From positions 1 to 48,161 of the forward strand of contig CALVTC010000003.1 in assembly GCA_944359885.1 (NCBI GenBank): a stretch of DNA of 48,161 nt, given 5' to 3'. The first letter of the stretch is position 1. The number at the start of each line of letters is the position of its first letter. This document shows, one piece after another, positions 38,316 through 48,104 of the stretch. Under the pieces are notes generated by a model, which was given only the letters and a program-made list of their open reading frames with translations, was not told the DNA's origin and did not search any database. Origin of the DNA: an uncultured Bacilli bacterium. Lineage in GTDB: Bacteria; Bacillota_I; Bacilli_A; RF39; UBA660. The translations under genes were made by a program, and so were the position numbers.

Positions 38316-38858
38316 ATGGAATTAAAAGGAAGTAAAACTGAACAAAATTTGATGACTGCTTTTGCAGGAGAAAGTCAAGCTAGAAATAAGTATACTTTTT
38401 ATGCTAGTAAGGCTCGTAAAGATGGTTATGAACAATTGGCTGCTATTTTTGAAGAGACTGCTAATAATGAAAAAGAACATGCTAAATTATGGTTTAAAGA
38501 ATTACATGGTGGAGATATTCCTGAAACTACTGCTAACTTAGAAGATGCTGCAGCTGGTGAAAATTATGAGTGGACTGATATGTATAAAAACTTTGCAGAA
38601 ACTGCAAGAGAAGAAGGATTCACAAGACTTGCTGTATTATTTGAAAAAGTTGGTGAGATTGAAAAAGAACATGAAAAAAGATATTTAACATTACTTCATA
38701 ATATTAAAGATGACAGAGTATTTAAAAAAGATGGCGACAAGATTTGGGTATGTCGTAACTGTGGTTATGTTTATACTGGTAAAGAAGCACTTGCTGTTTG
38801 CCCTGTTTGTGCTCATCCACAAAGTTTTATGGAAGTTAAAGCAGATAATTATGAATAA
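38316..38858 (+). CDS. rbr: Rubrerythrin
   Basis: [28 protein letters not shown] twice, rubredoxin CRNCG...CPVCAHP. Confidence 0.95.
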   Translation: MELKGSKTEQNLMTAFAGESQARNKYTFYASKARKDGYEQLAAIFEETANNEKEHAKLWFKELHGGDIPETTANLEDAAAGENYEWTDMYKNFAETAREEGFTRLAVLFEKVGEIEKEHEKRYLTLLHNIKDDRVFKKDGDKIWVCRNCGYVYTGKEALAVCPVCAHPQSFMEVKADNYE

Positions 38859-38885
38859 AAAGATGGCCTTCATGGCTGTTTTTTT

Positions 38886-39095
38886 ATATATAAGGAAAGT
38901 GCGTTTAGAAGCATCTAAAACAAAAATGATATTAATATAATTTAGTATCACGACAAAAAGAATAAAGCAAAAACTTTAAATTTTAAGTTGTTCCATAGTA
39001 GAACCACAGTAGGGGAATTCCATTTTAGGAATGTCATTCTTTTTAATAAATTTTAAAAATCCAATCTGTTCATTAACAATAAATTCAGGAGCAGA
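38886..39095. repeat. Dispersed direct repeat, copy 2
   Basis: Matches 209-413; minus strand reads PEFIVNEQIGFLKFIKKNDIPKMEFPYCGSTMEQLKI*. Confidence 0.9.
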
Positions 39096-39248
39096 AATGC
39101 AAATTTTAAAACTTGGTAAAAAATAGTTTGTGTGAATAAATGTATTGTATGATATTTGTATTTGGAGAGAATATTATGTATAGATTTTACTGTTTTCGCA
39201 TGTATTCTACAATTAGTCGGTCTAAATTGATCCAACTATAGTATTTTA

Positions 39249-39545
39249 TTATATAATAGTATAAGTTCTTAGATGATATAGATAGGAAAATGTTCCGGCG
39301 AAGATAATCATACTGTTGATTAGTCTGCGTTCTTGAATATTTGATATCGTTTGCTCTGTAATGTAGATACATAATAATATTATTATTGTGATTGTCCATC
39401 CTAATTTTTGTATTGCTTTTTCTTGGGAAGCAGGGTATTGATTACGTAGTTTATTTCCATAGCTAGTAAAGATTGCTATTAGTCCGATACTAATAATGGC
39501 CCAGGAAAGGAAAAGTTCTTTATCTTTTGTTAGGTTGTTTCTCAT
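39249..39545 (-). CDS. Hypothetical membrane protein
   Basis: 98 aa with three hydrophobic segments, filling the intergenic gap. Confidence 0.5.
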   Translation of the reverse strand: MRNNLTKDKELFLSWAIISIGLIAIFTSYGNKLRNQYPASQEKAIQKLGWTITIIILLCIYITEQTISNIQERRLINSMIIFAGTFSYLYHLRTYTII

Positions 39546-39601
39546 AGTTTAGTATATGTCGAAATTAGTATTTTTTATGATATAATATTTTTGGTGATTT
39601 T

Positions 39602-41782
39602 ATGAAAAAGCACGAGCTTTTAGTACCTGTTGGGAATATGGAATGTTTAAAGCAAGCGATTGTCAATGGTGCAGATGCTGTATATGGTGGTTGTCAAAAT
39701 TTTGGTGCTAGAAAGTTTGCTAAAAACTTTTCTAATGAGGAAATTATAGAAGCTATTCGACTTTGTCATTTGTATGATGTAAAATTTTATGTAACTATGA
39801 ATACTTTAGTAAAGGATTCTGAAGTTTCTCTTTTTTTAGAGCAAATTGAATTTTTGTATAAACAAGGTGTTGATGCTGTTATTATGCAGGATTTCGGCAT
39901 GATTTCTTATGTTCTAAAGAAGTATCCTAATTTGGAAGTCCATGCTTCGACGCAGTTTAATAATTCTTCTTGTGATGTTGTTAAAATGCTTTATGACATG
40001 GGAGTTAAAAGAGTGGTTCTATCTCGTGAGCTTTCTTTGGAAGAGATTGATGCTATTTCTGTTCCTATTGAAAAGGAAGTTTTTGTTCATGGTGCGTTAT
40101 GCATCTCTTATTCTGGATGTTGTCTTATGAGCTCTATGATTGGTGGACGCAGTGGTAACCGTGGTGAATGCGCTGGTTCTTGTCGTTTACCTTATCAATT
40201 GTTTTATAATAATAAATTATTGAGAGATTCTGCATATTTACTTAGTACAAAGGAGTTAAATACTAGTTATCAATTTCGTAAACTTTTAAATAGTAGTATT
40301 TATAGTTTTAAAATTGAAGGAAGAATGAAAAGTCCCGAGTATGTTGGTTTCATTACAAGAATGTATCGTCAATTGATAGATTCTTATGGAGATACGAAGT
40401 CTTTGGATAGTGATACAGAACGTTTAAAGACAATTTTTAATCGAGAATTTACGTTGGGACATTTGTTTCATTGTAGTGTAGATGAACTTATGAATACTGC
40501 TAGTCCTAATCATATAGGGTTAGCAATCGGAAAAGTTGTTCATCTAAATTCTGAAAAGATTAAAATAAAACTTGATAAAGATCTACATCAGGGTGATGGG
40601 ATTCGTTTTTTAGAAAGTGGTAAAGGATTGATTGTTAATTTTTTGTATGATAAACGTGGCCGCTTGGTTTCTAGTGTTTCTGCTGGCAATGTTTGTTATA
40701 TTGATAATAAGATTTCTCTTACGAAGGAAGATGTGGTTTGTAAAACAACTGACTATTTGTTAATGAAGGAGATGAAAAAATTACCAAGGCGAAGTATTCC
40801 TATTCATTTTTCAGTTTATGCACATATCGGTGAACCGTTTACTGTTTGGATTCGTGATGGAATATTTGAATACCAAGCTCGTGGTAGTGTTGTTGAAGAG
40901 GCTATTACATCTTCTGTTTGTGTTGATAGAATTAAAAAGCAATTGGAAAAATTAGGTGGCACGCCTTTTATGTGTCAGTCTACGGAAATAGATATGGATT
41001 CTAATATTTTTGTTTCTCTTAGAGAAATTAATGAGTTACGTCGTTATTTGGTAGAACGATTACTTGTTGCTAGAATGACGCCAAGATATGAACCTATTGT
41101 AAAAGAAGTAGAGTTTCCTAAGTTGCATATCAATCAGGATTTTACAAGGAGTGCTTTGGTTTATACAGAAGAGCAAGTGAAAGCTTGTTTAGAATTAAAT
41201 TTTGATAGAATTTATGTGTCTGATTTGTCTTTATTTCAGAAGTATCAAGACTGTGACAAAATTTATTATGCTGTTTCGAGATGTTTATTTAAAGTGGAGG
41301 ATGCGTTACAGAAACGCAATTTGATAAGAGATTTTTGTAATTTTTCTCATTCCTTTTTAATAGGGGATTATACATTAAATGTATGTAATATTTATTCTGC
41401 CTATTATTTATATCAATTAGGTCTTTCTAAAATAACATTATCGGTAGAACTTTCTAATGCTGAAATCTTGAATTTTGTTCATCGATTTAAGCAAGTTTTT
41501 GGTGTAATGCCTAATATTGAAGTAGTTGGATATGGAGCAGTGGAGAATATGGTAATTAAGGGTAATATTTTACATTTGAAAGAAAACACATTCGGTTATT
41601 CCTTATTGGATTTAAGAAAACGCTCTTTTCCTGTTTTTTATCAAGATGAAAGAACTACTATTTTGAATTATCAATCCCAACTTAATTATGATATTTCGGC
41701 GTTGCGAAAAGTTTCTTCTATTCGATATCAATTTTTTTCCGAAACAAAAGAGGAAATTATAAATATTCTAAAAAAGAAATAA
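39602..41782 (+). CDS. U32 family protein (RlhA/TrhP-type RNA hydroxylation family) with long C-terminal region
   Basis: ELLVPVG, GADAVY, HASTQ, EVFVHGALCISYSGCC, SGNRGECAGSCR, KIEGRMK. Confidence 0.88.
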   Translation: MKKHELLVPVGNMECLKQAIVNGADAVYGGCQNFGARKFAKNFSNEEIIEAIRLCHLYDVKFYVTMNTLVKDSEVSLFLEQIEFLYKQGVDAVIMQDFGMISYVLKKYPNLEVHASTQFNNSSCDVVKMLYDMGVKRVVLSRELSLEEIDAISVPIEKEVFVHGALCISYSGCCLMSSMIGGRSGNRGECAGSCRLPYQLFYNNKLLRDSAYLLSTKELNTSYQFRKLLNSSIYSFKIEGRMKSPEYVGFITRMYRQLIDSYGDTKSLDSDTERLKTIFNREFTLGHLFHCSVDELMNTASPNHIGLAIGKVVHLNSEKIKIKLDKDLHQGDGIRFLESGKGLIVNFLYDKRGRLVSSVSAGNVCYIDNKISLTKEDVVCKTTDYLLMKEMKKLPRRSIPIHFSVYAHIGEPFTVWIRDGIFEYQARGSVVEEAITSSVCVDRIKKQLEKLGGTPFMCQSTEIDMDSNIFVSLREINELRRYLVERLLVARMTPRYEPIVKEVEFPKLHINQDFTRSALVYTEEQVKACLELNFDRIYVSDLSLFQKYQDCDKIYYAVSRCLFKVEDALQKRNLIRDFCNFSHSFLIGDYTLNVCNIYSAYYLYQLGLSKITLSVELSNAEILNFVHRFKQVFGVMPNIEVVGYGAVENMVIKGNILHLKENTFGYSLLDLRKRSFPVFYQDERTTILNYQSQLNYDISALRKVSSIRYQFFSETKEEIINILKKK

Positions 41783-41848
41783 TTTATTTTCTAGTATTAA
41801 AATTGCCCTTTTTATGATAGAATAGTTATAGATAGGAAGTGATAAATA

Positions 41849-42382
41849 GTGGATAAAAATACTGAAGAAAAAAGAGTAATTCCTGTTAAAAATTATATTA
41901 TTTTAGTGATTTTATTCGTAGCTATTGTTGCATTAGTTTTTTATCTATGTGATTTATATCATGTTTATGATGCTCATCAACGGGAGATTCCTGTTATTCG
42001 AGATACATTGTCTGAGATACAACCTGATGAATTGGAGCATTATATTATGGAAAATCCAACAACAGTTATCTATATGTGTACGGCATTTGATGAAAAATGT
42101 AGAGATTATGAAAAAGATTTGAAAAAATTAGTAGAAAAAGAAGAATTGCAAGAAAGTATAATTTATGTTAATTTAAGTGATGTTGATCAGACTGAGTTTG
42201 TTGATAAATTTAATGCTAGATTTCCATATCGAATTACTTTAAAAAAACAATATCCTGCTTTTGTTGTTTTTGAAGATGGTGAAGTTCGTAGCATTTTGCA
42301 GGCAGATAAAAATGATAGACTTAGTATTTCTGAGACTGAGCAATTTTTGGAATTAAATCAATTAGAAGAAGAAGGGGAGTAA
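41849..42382 (+). CDS. Membrane-anchored thioredoxin-like fold protein
   Basis: N-terminal TM; VIYMCTAFDEKC, IIYVNL, YPAFVVFEDG (cis-Pro-like strand); no CxxC. Confidence 0.55.
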   Translation: MDKNTEEKRVIPVKNYIILVILFVAIVALVFYLCDLYHVYDAHQREIPVIRDTLSEIQPDELEHYIMENPTTVIYMCTAFDEKCRDYEKDLKKLVEKEELQESIIYVNLSDVDQTEFVDKFNARFPYRITLKKQYPAFVVFEDGEVRSILQADKNDRLSISETEQFLELNQLEEEGE

Positions 42383-42410
42383 TCTCCTTTTCATTAGGAG
42401 TGAATATAGT

Positions 42411-42929
42411 ATGAATCATATTGTTTTATTTGAACCTGAGATTCCGCAGAATACAGGTAATATTATGCGTACTTGTGTTGCGACAGGTACAAAGTTACAT
42501 TTAATTAAACCATTAGGATTTGTTTTGGACGATGCTCATCTACGTCGTTCTGGTGTTAATTATATTGATAAATTAGATTATGAGGTGTACGAAAATTTTG
42601 ATGATTTTGTATCTAAAAATCCTGGTGTATATTATTATTTTACAAGATATGGAAAGAAGCCTCATTCTAGCTTTGATTATTCTAACAGTAAGCATGAGAA
42701 TCTGTATTTTATATTTGGTAAGGAGTCTACTGGTATTCCCAAGAAGATATTACAGAAAGATTTGGATCATTGTATGAGGATACCAATGACGGATAAAGTT
42801 CGAGCACTTAATGTTTCTAATAGTGTTGCTATTGTTATTTATGAAGCGTTGCGTCAACAAAACTATGAAGGATTATTGTTTACGGAACCGCATAAGGGCG
42901 CTGATTATTTGGAGAGAGAAGATGCTTAA
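42411..42929 (+). CDS. trmL: tRNA (cytidine/uridine 34)-2'-O-methyltransferase
   Basis: IVLFEPEIPQNTGNI.RTC, LHLIKPLGF, FGKESTG, RIPM..RALNVSN. Confidence 0.93.
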   Translation: MNHIVLFEPEIPQNTGNIMRTCVATGTKLHLIKPLGFVLDDAHLRRSGVNYIDKLDYEVYENFDDFVSKNPGVYYYFTRYGKKPHSSFDYSNSKHENLYFIFGKESTGIPKKILQKDLDHCMRIPMTDKVRALNVSNSVAIVIYEALRQQNYEGLLFTEPHKGADYLEREDA

Positions 42930-43380
42930 TAAAGTATTCATTTCTCTTATATTGAACGTTTTATTTTTTCTAAATAGATAGATTATATGTTCATGGAATA
43001 TATTAAGTATGTTGTTGATTTAAATATGGTTATTGTATTGATTGTTTACACATGGTTTAGGACTTTTAGCTATCGATATAATAGATGACCATGTTGTTGA
43101 AGTTGAAAAGATATTATCAGTATATTTTTGATAGAAATAAATACAAGTTTAATTTATGAATAGAAAATTCTGATATTTTAAAGATGATGGATAGATTTAG
43201 ATGTGATTTTTTAGATAAAGTTTTTGCTAGATGAGTTTATAAAGATGAGTGGGATTATATTGAAAAAGAATGATTAAAAAAGAAATTTATATTTTTTTAT
43301 CAAAATTAAGTAGTTCTTTTTATGAAATTTTGTTATGATAATTGTTAATTTTTTATTTGATTTTGAAAGTAGTGATAAAA

Positions 43381-44196
43381 ATGTTATCAAGGAAAGAAGA
43401 AATAGAACGTAGTATTATTACCAAGTTTCGTAAGGAAATTTGGAGACCTTTTACAAAAGCTATTCGAGAGTATCAATTGATTCAGGAGGGAGACAAAATT
43501 GCAGTTTGCATTTCTGGTGGGAAGGATTCCATGCTTTTAGCTAAATGTATAGAAGAGTTGAAAAAACACAACAAGGTAAATTTTGATGTTTGTTATATTG
43601 TAATGAATCCTGGCTATCGTGATGAAATATATAATCAAATTTTGGAAAATGCTCGTATTTTAGGAATTGATATTCAAATTTTTAACTCTAATATTTTTGA
43701 TGTTGTTGATAAACAAGTTTCATCACCTTGTTATCTGTGTGCAAGAATGCGTCGAGGTTTTTTATATGCAAGAGCACAGGAATTAGGATGCAATAAGATT
43801 GCCTTGGGACATCATTTTGATGATGTGATTGAAACGATTTTACTGTCCATTTTTTATGGTGGAGAGTATAAAAGTATGCCTCCTAAGTTATGGAGCAGTA
43901 ATTTTTCTGGTATGGAATTAATTCGTCCTTTATATTTGGTTAGAGAGGATTCAATCGTTCGCTGGGCTAAATATAATGATTTGAAATTTATTAATTGTGC
44001 ATGTAAATTTACTGATTCCTCTAAAATGGATTCTAAAAGATTGGAAATGAAAAACTTGATTCATGAGTTTGAAAAGAAAAATCCTAATGTGGGTGCTAAT
44101 ATCTTTAAGTCATCAGAAAATGTTAATGTAGAGACTGTTTTGGCAATAAAAATGGATGGTAAGAAAATTTCATTTTTAGATAATTATGGAAAGTAA
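43381..44196 (+). CDS. ttcA: TtcA-family tRNA thiolation protein
   Basis: PP-loop SGGKDS, PCYLCARMRRG, GHHFDD, LIRPL. Confidence 0.82.
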   Translation: MLSRKEEIERSIITKFRKEIWRPFTKAIREYQLIQEGDKIAVCISGGKDSMLLAKCIEELKKHNKVNFDVCYIVMNPGYRDEIYNQILENARILGIDIQIFNSNIFDVVDKQVSSPCYLCARMRRGFLYARAQELGCNKIALGHHFDDVIETILLSIFYGGEYKSMPPKLWSSNFSGMELIRPLYLVREDSIVRWAKYNDLKFINCACKFTDSSKMDSKRLEMKNLIHEFEKKNPNVGANIFKSSENVNVETVLAIKMDGKKISFLDNYGK

Positions 44197-44315
44197 TTAT
44201 CTTTTTTTATTAATAGGGAATTTGCTTGTCTAAAATGTAAATTTGAAAACTTGATAAAAAATAATTGACACACGAACAAATGTGTTATGTAGTTTTCTCA
44301 TTAGAGAAGGATATT

Positions 44316-44690
44316 ATGTTTAGAGCTTATCATTTTCGAATGTATCTTACAACTAATAAAAGGGAGTTAATTCAAAAAACATTTGGTTGTACACGAAGAG
44401 TATTATAATAAAACAAAAAAGAGATTAGCAGTACTATATCAAAACTAAAGAATACTAGAAAGTATTTCATCCATCAAATAATTAAAAAACTGGTAATAGA
44501 AAACGATATCATAGTAACAGAAGATTTAAATGTAAAGGGTATAATAGAAGAGAAGAAATTATCTAAACACTTAACAAATGTAAGTCTAGGAGAAATTTGC
44601 TGAGTTTTAGAATATAAGGTGAGATGTTATGGAAAGAAGTGTATCAAAATAGACAGTTTTTATCCAAGCAGTCAGAAGTGTAAAAGGCAA
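44316..44690 (+). pseudogene. tnpB: Decayed IS200/IS605-family tnpB
   Basis: MFRAYHFRMY...LIQKTFGCTR N-terminus, frameshift and internal deletion, then IIVTEDLNVKG, in-frame TGA at 44601, LEYK, YPSSQKC. Confidence 0.88.
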
Positions 44691-44695
44691 AAGAA

Positions 44696-44800
44696 AGCTA
44701 CGGTAGCGACTATCGGATGTTAGGCAATCACGAAGTAAGGTTACTTAGTCTGAGAAGTAGGAAACTTGGAAGGTGACGACCAAGGCAAATTAAATTTAGT
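44696..44800 (+). ncRNA. Possible omegaRNA/right-end remnant of the tnpB element
   Basis: Three hairpins after tnpB: cggtag/ctatcg, aagtaa/ttactt, cttgg/ccaag. Confidence 0.35.
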
Positions 44801-45066
44801 TAATTCTTTTATTCTATTAAAAGTGTATATTTAAAAGGACTTTTTGAAAGGAGTACAATTTATATTTGCAAGATGTTTTTTGTTTTGGGTATTTATTTTG
44901 TTTTTTATAGATTATCATAAAAAGAAATGTTATAAATATAATTTGATATAGGATATAGAAGGATTAAAAAGTTATTAAAAAAGTTATTGTAGAGCAATTG
45001 ATAGCTTTTTTGTCCCTTTTATGTTATATATAGTATATCGTAGGATATTGGATATGGAGATTTAAA

Positions 45067-45978
45067 ATGAAAGTAGTATTTCGAAGTCCAAATCAGACTT
45101 TGCGAATTTTGCAGTGTTTGAATTGGCAATTGTCTAGTATATGTGAGGTTGCTCCAGTTATTCGAGAACAAGGATTTGATGCTGTACAAATTGGCCCGTT
45201 GCAACCATTGAAAGAAGAGGGGGATGTAGAGTGGTGGATGTCTTATCAACCATGCGCATTTACTATTGGTAATCAATATGGCTCTAAACAAGATTTTGTT
45301 GAGTTATGTCGTGTATTGCATGAAAATAATCTTTTAGTTTTTCCTGATGTTATATGTACACACGTAGCTGGCGTTAATGATGGTAGGATTATTCCTCATG
45401 AAAAAGTAGATTCTAAATTAGTGAATAATCCTTATTTTTGGCGTGAAGCTAAAGATATTAATGATTGGGATAATCGTTATCAGGTTATTAACTATTGTGC
45501 GGGACTTCCTAGTTTTGATTTGTACAATCATGAATTACAAAATTATATTATTACATTTTTGAATGAATTGGTTAATTGTGGTGCGGATGGTTTTCGCTTT
45601 GATTCTGCTAAAAGTATACCAACACCTAGAGAAGGTTGTGATTTTTTTCCTAGGGTACTTAGCGAGTTATCTAAAAAAAGTCTTTATAATTATGGTGAAG
45701 TGATTTTTGCATCAGAAGAGTTAATCTCTCTTTATGTAGATTATTTGGATGTACTTACTAATACGTGGAGTTATCAAAAAGATAAAGTTGTTTTGTTTTC
45801 TGAAAGTCATGATTCATTTTTAGGACTGGGTTATACAAGAGAAAAATCTTCTTTTGAAATTACTAATGAATATCGTCATCTTGTGAATCATTATCCTAAA
45901 ACAATTTATTATGCACGACCGTTTGATGATGAATGGAAAAGTGATAGAATAAAAAAAATCCATAAAAAAAATATTTAA
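45067..45978 (+). CDS. GH13 alpha-amylase family catalytic domain
   Basis: GFDAVQIGPLQP, WWMSYQP, GADGFRFDSAK (nucleophile), YGEVI (acid/base), ESHD. Confidence 0.85.
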   Translation: MKVVFRSPNQTLRILQCLNWQLSSICEVAPVIREQGFDAVQIGPLQPLKEEGDVEWWMSYQPCAFTIGNQYGSKQDFVELCRVLHENNLLVFPDVICTHVAGVNDGRIIPHEKVDSKLVNNPYFWREAKDINDWDNRYQVINYCAGLPSFDLYNHELQNYIITFLNELVNCGADGFRFDSAKSIPTPREGCDFFPRVLSELSKKSLYNYGEVIFASEELISLYVDYLDVLTNTWSYQKDKVVLFSESHDSFLGLGYTREKSSFEITNEYRHLVNHYPKTIYYARPFDDEWKSDRIKKIHKKNI

Positions 45979-46029
45979 TTTGAATAAAAAAGGCGCCTTT
46001 TTTCCATAAGAAAAGTGAAAGGAGTCTTT

Positions 46030-46806
46030 ATGGCAAAATATAAAGTTGAAATTAGTGGTATAGATACTAGTGATATTCCAGTGTTAAGCAATGAAGAAAT
46101 GAAATCATTGTTTGTTAAAATGAAATGTGGAGACTTAGAAGCTAGAAATTTGTTGATTGAAGGAAATCTAAAATTAGTTTTATCTATTTTGAAGCGCTTT
46201 CATCATAGAAGTGAAAATATGGATGATTTGTTTCAAATTGGTTGCATTGGTTTGGTAAAAGCAATTGATAATTTTGATTTATCTCACGGAGTTCGTTTTT
46301 CTACTTATGCAGTTCCAATGATTTTAGGCGAGGTACGAAGATATTTACGTGATAATAACAGTATTCGTGTTAGTCGTTCTTTGAAAGATATAGCTTATAA
46401 AGCATTGAAGTATAAGGAACAAGTTTATAATAAAGATGGGAAGGAACCGAGTTTGGAGGAAGTGGCACAACATTTAGGAATCAGTTTGTTTGATGTTGTA
46501 CAAGCTTTGGATTCTTTACATGAGCCGATTAGCATGTTTGAACCAATATATTCAGATGGTGGAGATACTATATATTTATTTGATCAAATAGAAGATAAGC
46601 ATGCTAATAGTAGTGAGGTGTCTATGAAGGTAGCTTTGGATGAGGCGATTGGAAATTTGGAAGAAAGAGAACAGTATATTTTGGACGAACGTTTTGTGAT
46701 TGGAAAAACACAAATGGAGATTGCTAAAGAGTTACAGATTAGTCAGGCGCAAGTATCAAGAATAGAGAAAGGTGCTATTAAGCAATTGAAGAAAGTTTTG
46801 AAGTGA
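46030..46806 (+). CDS. sigG: Sporulation sigma factor SigG
   Basis: KVEISGIDTSDIPVLSNEEM N-terminus typical of SigG, DDLFQIGCIGL, FSTYAVPMILGEVRRYLRDN, ISQAQVSRIEK. Confidence 0.92.
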   Translation: MAKYKVEISGIDTSDIPVLSNEEMKSLFVKMKCGDLEARNLLIEGNLKLVLSILKRFHHRSENMDDLFQIGCIGLVKAIDNFDLSHGVRFSTYAVPMILGEVRRYLRDNNSIRVSRSLKDIAYKALKYKEQVYNKDGKEPSLEEVAQHLGISLFDVVQALDSLHEPISMFEPIYSDGGDTIYLFDQIEDKHANSSEVSMKVALDEAIGNLEEREQYILDERFVIGKTQMEIAKELQISQAQVSRIEKGAIKQLKKVLK

Positions 46807-46833
46807 GTTGCATATAGTTTATTGGGTGGTTAT

Positions 46834-47064
46834 ATGCGATTATCAGAACTTCAAAGTAAGACAATTATATCTGTAGTTGATGGCAGAAATGTTGGGACAA
46901 TTATAGATGTAGAAGTTATGATGGATGGACATATTGAATCTTTAATTATCGAATCTGGTAAATCGTTTTTTAACTTTAATCGTGATAGCGATACGAAAAT
47001 TTTATGGAAGGATATTGCTAAAATAGGGGAAGATGTTATTTTGGTTAATACAAGTAGAAAATGA
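46834..47064 (+). CDS. ylmC: YlmC/YmxH family PRC-barrel sporulation protein
   Basis: MRLSELQSK.II...DG..G.I.D, W..I.KIGEDVILV; follows sigG. Confidence 0.85.
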   Translation: MRLSELQSKTIISVVDGRNVGTIIDVEVMMDGHIESLIIESGKSFFNFNRDSDTKILWKDIAKIGEDVILVNTSRK

Positions 47065-47780
47065 TTTTTTGGAAAAAATTGGTAATTATTGGTTCTTTTT
47101 GTATTTTCTTCTCTTTTGTTTTAGTATCCTATCTTGGTGAAAAAGTTAATCCTATATTAGTTAATTATTTAAATTTGGAGGTAGAAAGAGTTACTTCTAA
47201 TGTGGTCGATTCTGCAGTTAATGAAGTGGTTGCTGAAGAGTTAGGTGATAATTTGTTTTCTATTACGAGAAATTCAAATAATGAAGTGGAAATGATTGAT
47301 TATAATTCTAAAGAAGTTAATTTGTTGTTAAAAAATATTAATGCAACTATTTATTCAAAATTGCAGAAATTAGAAGAAGGAGATATTAGTGAGTTTCCTT
47401 TATCTTCTTCATTATTAGGGATGACGTATCATAAAATTGATTCTGGAATCGTTTGTGAAATACCATTTGGCTCTTTAACTGGAAATGGTTTTTTTAGTAA
47501 TATTGGTCCTATTATTCCAATTAAGATGTCATTTTTGGGCCAAGTAAGTAGTAGCTTGAAAACAAAAGTTACCAGTTATGGAATTAATAATTTATTTCTA
47601 GAAGTATATGTTCATGTCGAGGTTAAAGAAAGAATTTCTTTGCCAAAGTCTTCTGATGATGTAACTATTGAAATTGATGCACCATTAAGTATTAAAATTA
47701 TTTCTGGTGTTGTCCCTGAGTATTATGGTGGAATTATAGACAAAAATTCTCAAACAACCTTTTTTCCTGAGATGAATTAG
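47061..47780 (+). CDS. yunB: Sporulation protein YunB
   Basis: N-terminal TM, IPFGSLTGN..FSNIGP.IPIK, YGINN, IISGVVPEYY. Confidence 0.85.
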   Translation: MIFWKKLVIIGSFCIFFSFVLVSYLGEKVNPILVNYLNLEVERVTSNVVDSAVNEVVAEELGDNLFSITRNSNNEVEMIDYNSKEVNLLLKNINATIYSKLQKLEEGDISEFPLSSSLLGMTYHKIDSGIVCEIPFGSLTGNGFFSNIGPIIPIKMSFLGQVSSSLKTKVTSYGINNLFLEVYVHVEVKERISLPKSSDDVTIEIDAPLSIKIISGVVPEYYGGIIDKNSQTTFFPEMN

Positions 47781-47816
47781 TGTTTGTGATATAATTAAAT
47801 TTAGAGGTGGTAAGTA

Positions 47817-48104
47817 ATGAAACAATATGAATTTAATGGTAAATTTTATGAACTTGTTTTTGATGAAAATTGTTTTGATTATGATAATATAAAAACTTAT
47901 ATTACAGATTATTTTAATAATTTTGATTATATTTTTGGCGATTTTTCTAGTGATAAAGTAAGGTTGAAAGGTTTTTATGACTCTAAACATAAAAATGTTA
48001 AGAATTATAACGATATTCAGTTTTTAGAAAATTATAGAAAAGAATATTGTAATTATGGAGCTAAGACATTTTTATTGAAAAAAGTTCGTGAATTTTTAGA
48101 CTAA
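47817..48104 (+). CDS. YutD-like (DUF1027) protein
   Basis: FDYIFGD....RLKGFY, Y..EYCNYGA..F.L.K. Confidence 0.8.
   Translation: MKQYEFNGKFYELVFDENCFDYDNIKTYITDYFNNFDYIFGDFSSDKVRLKGFYDSKHKNVKNYNDIQFLENYRKEYCNYGAKTFLLKKVREFLD

Noticed and set aside
209-39095. Direct repeats as attL/attR of a 39 kb island
   Set aside because: The interval includes core genes (trpS, tig, lon), the copies are diverged and no recombinase is adjacent
41849-42382. Thioredoxin-like protein as the disulfide catalyst for the Cys-rich locus
   Set aside because: Has Cx6C rather than CxxC and is 14 kb from the locus; no supporting evidence
42930-43275. Possible decayed gene between trmL and ttcA
   Set aside because: Coding-like composition but only short broken frames with no identifiable motif
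2875-47990. Many 60-140 aa ORFs overlapping larger genes (e.g. 3595-3969, 12809-13081, 17597-17986, 31207-31626, 47685-47990)
   Set aside because: Antisense or alternate-frame shadows of well-supported genes, with no motifs recognised
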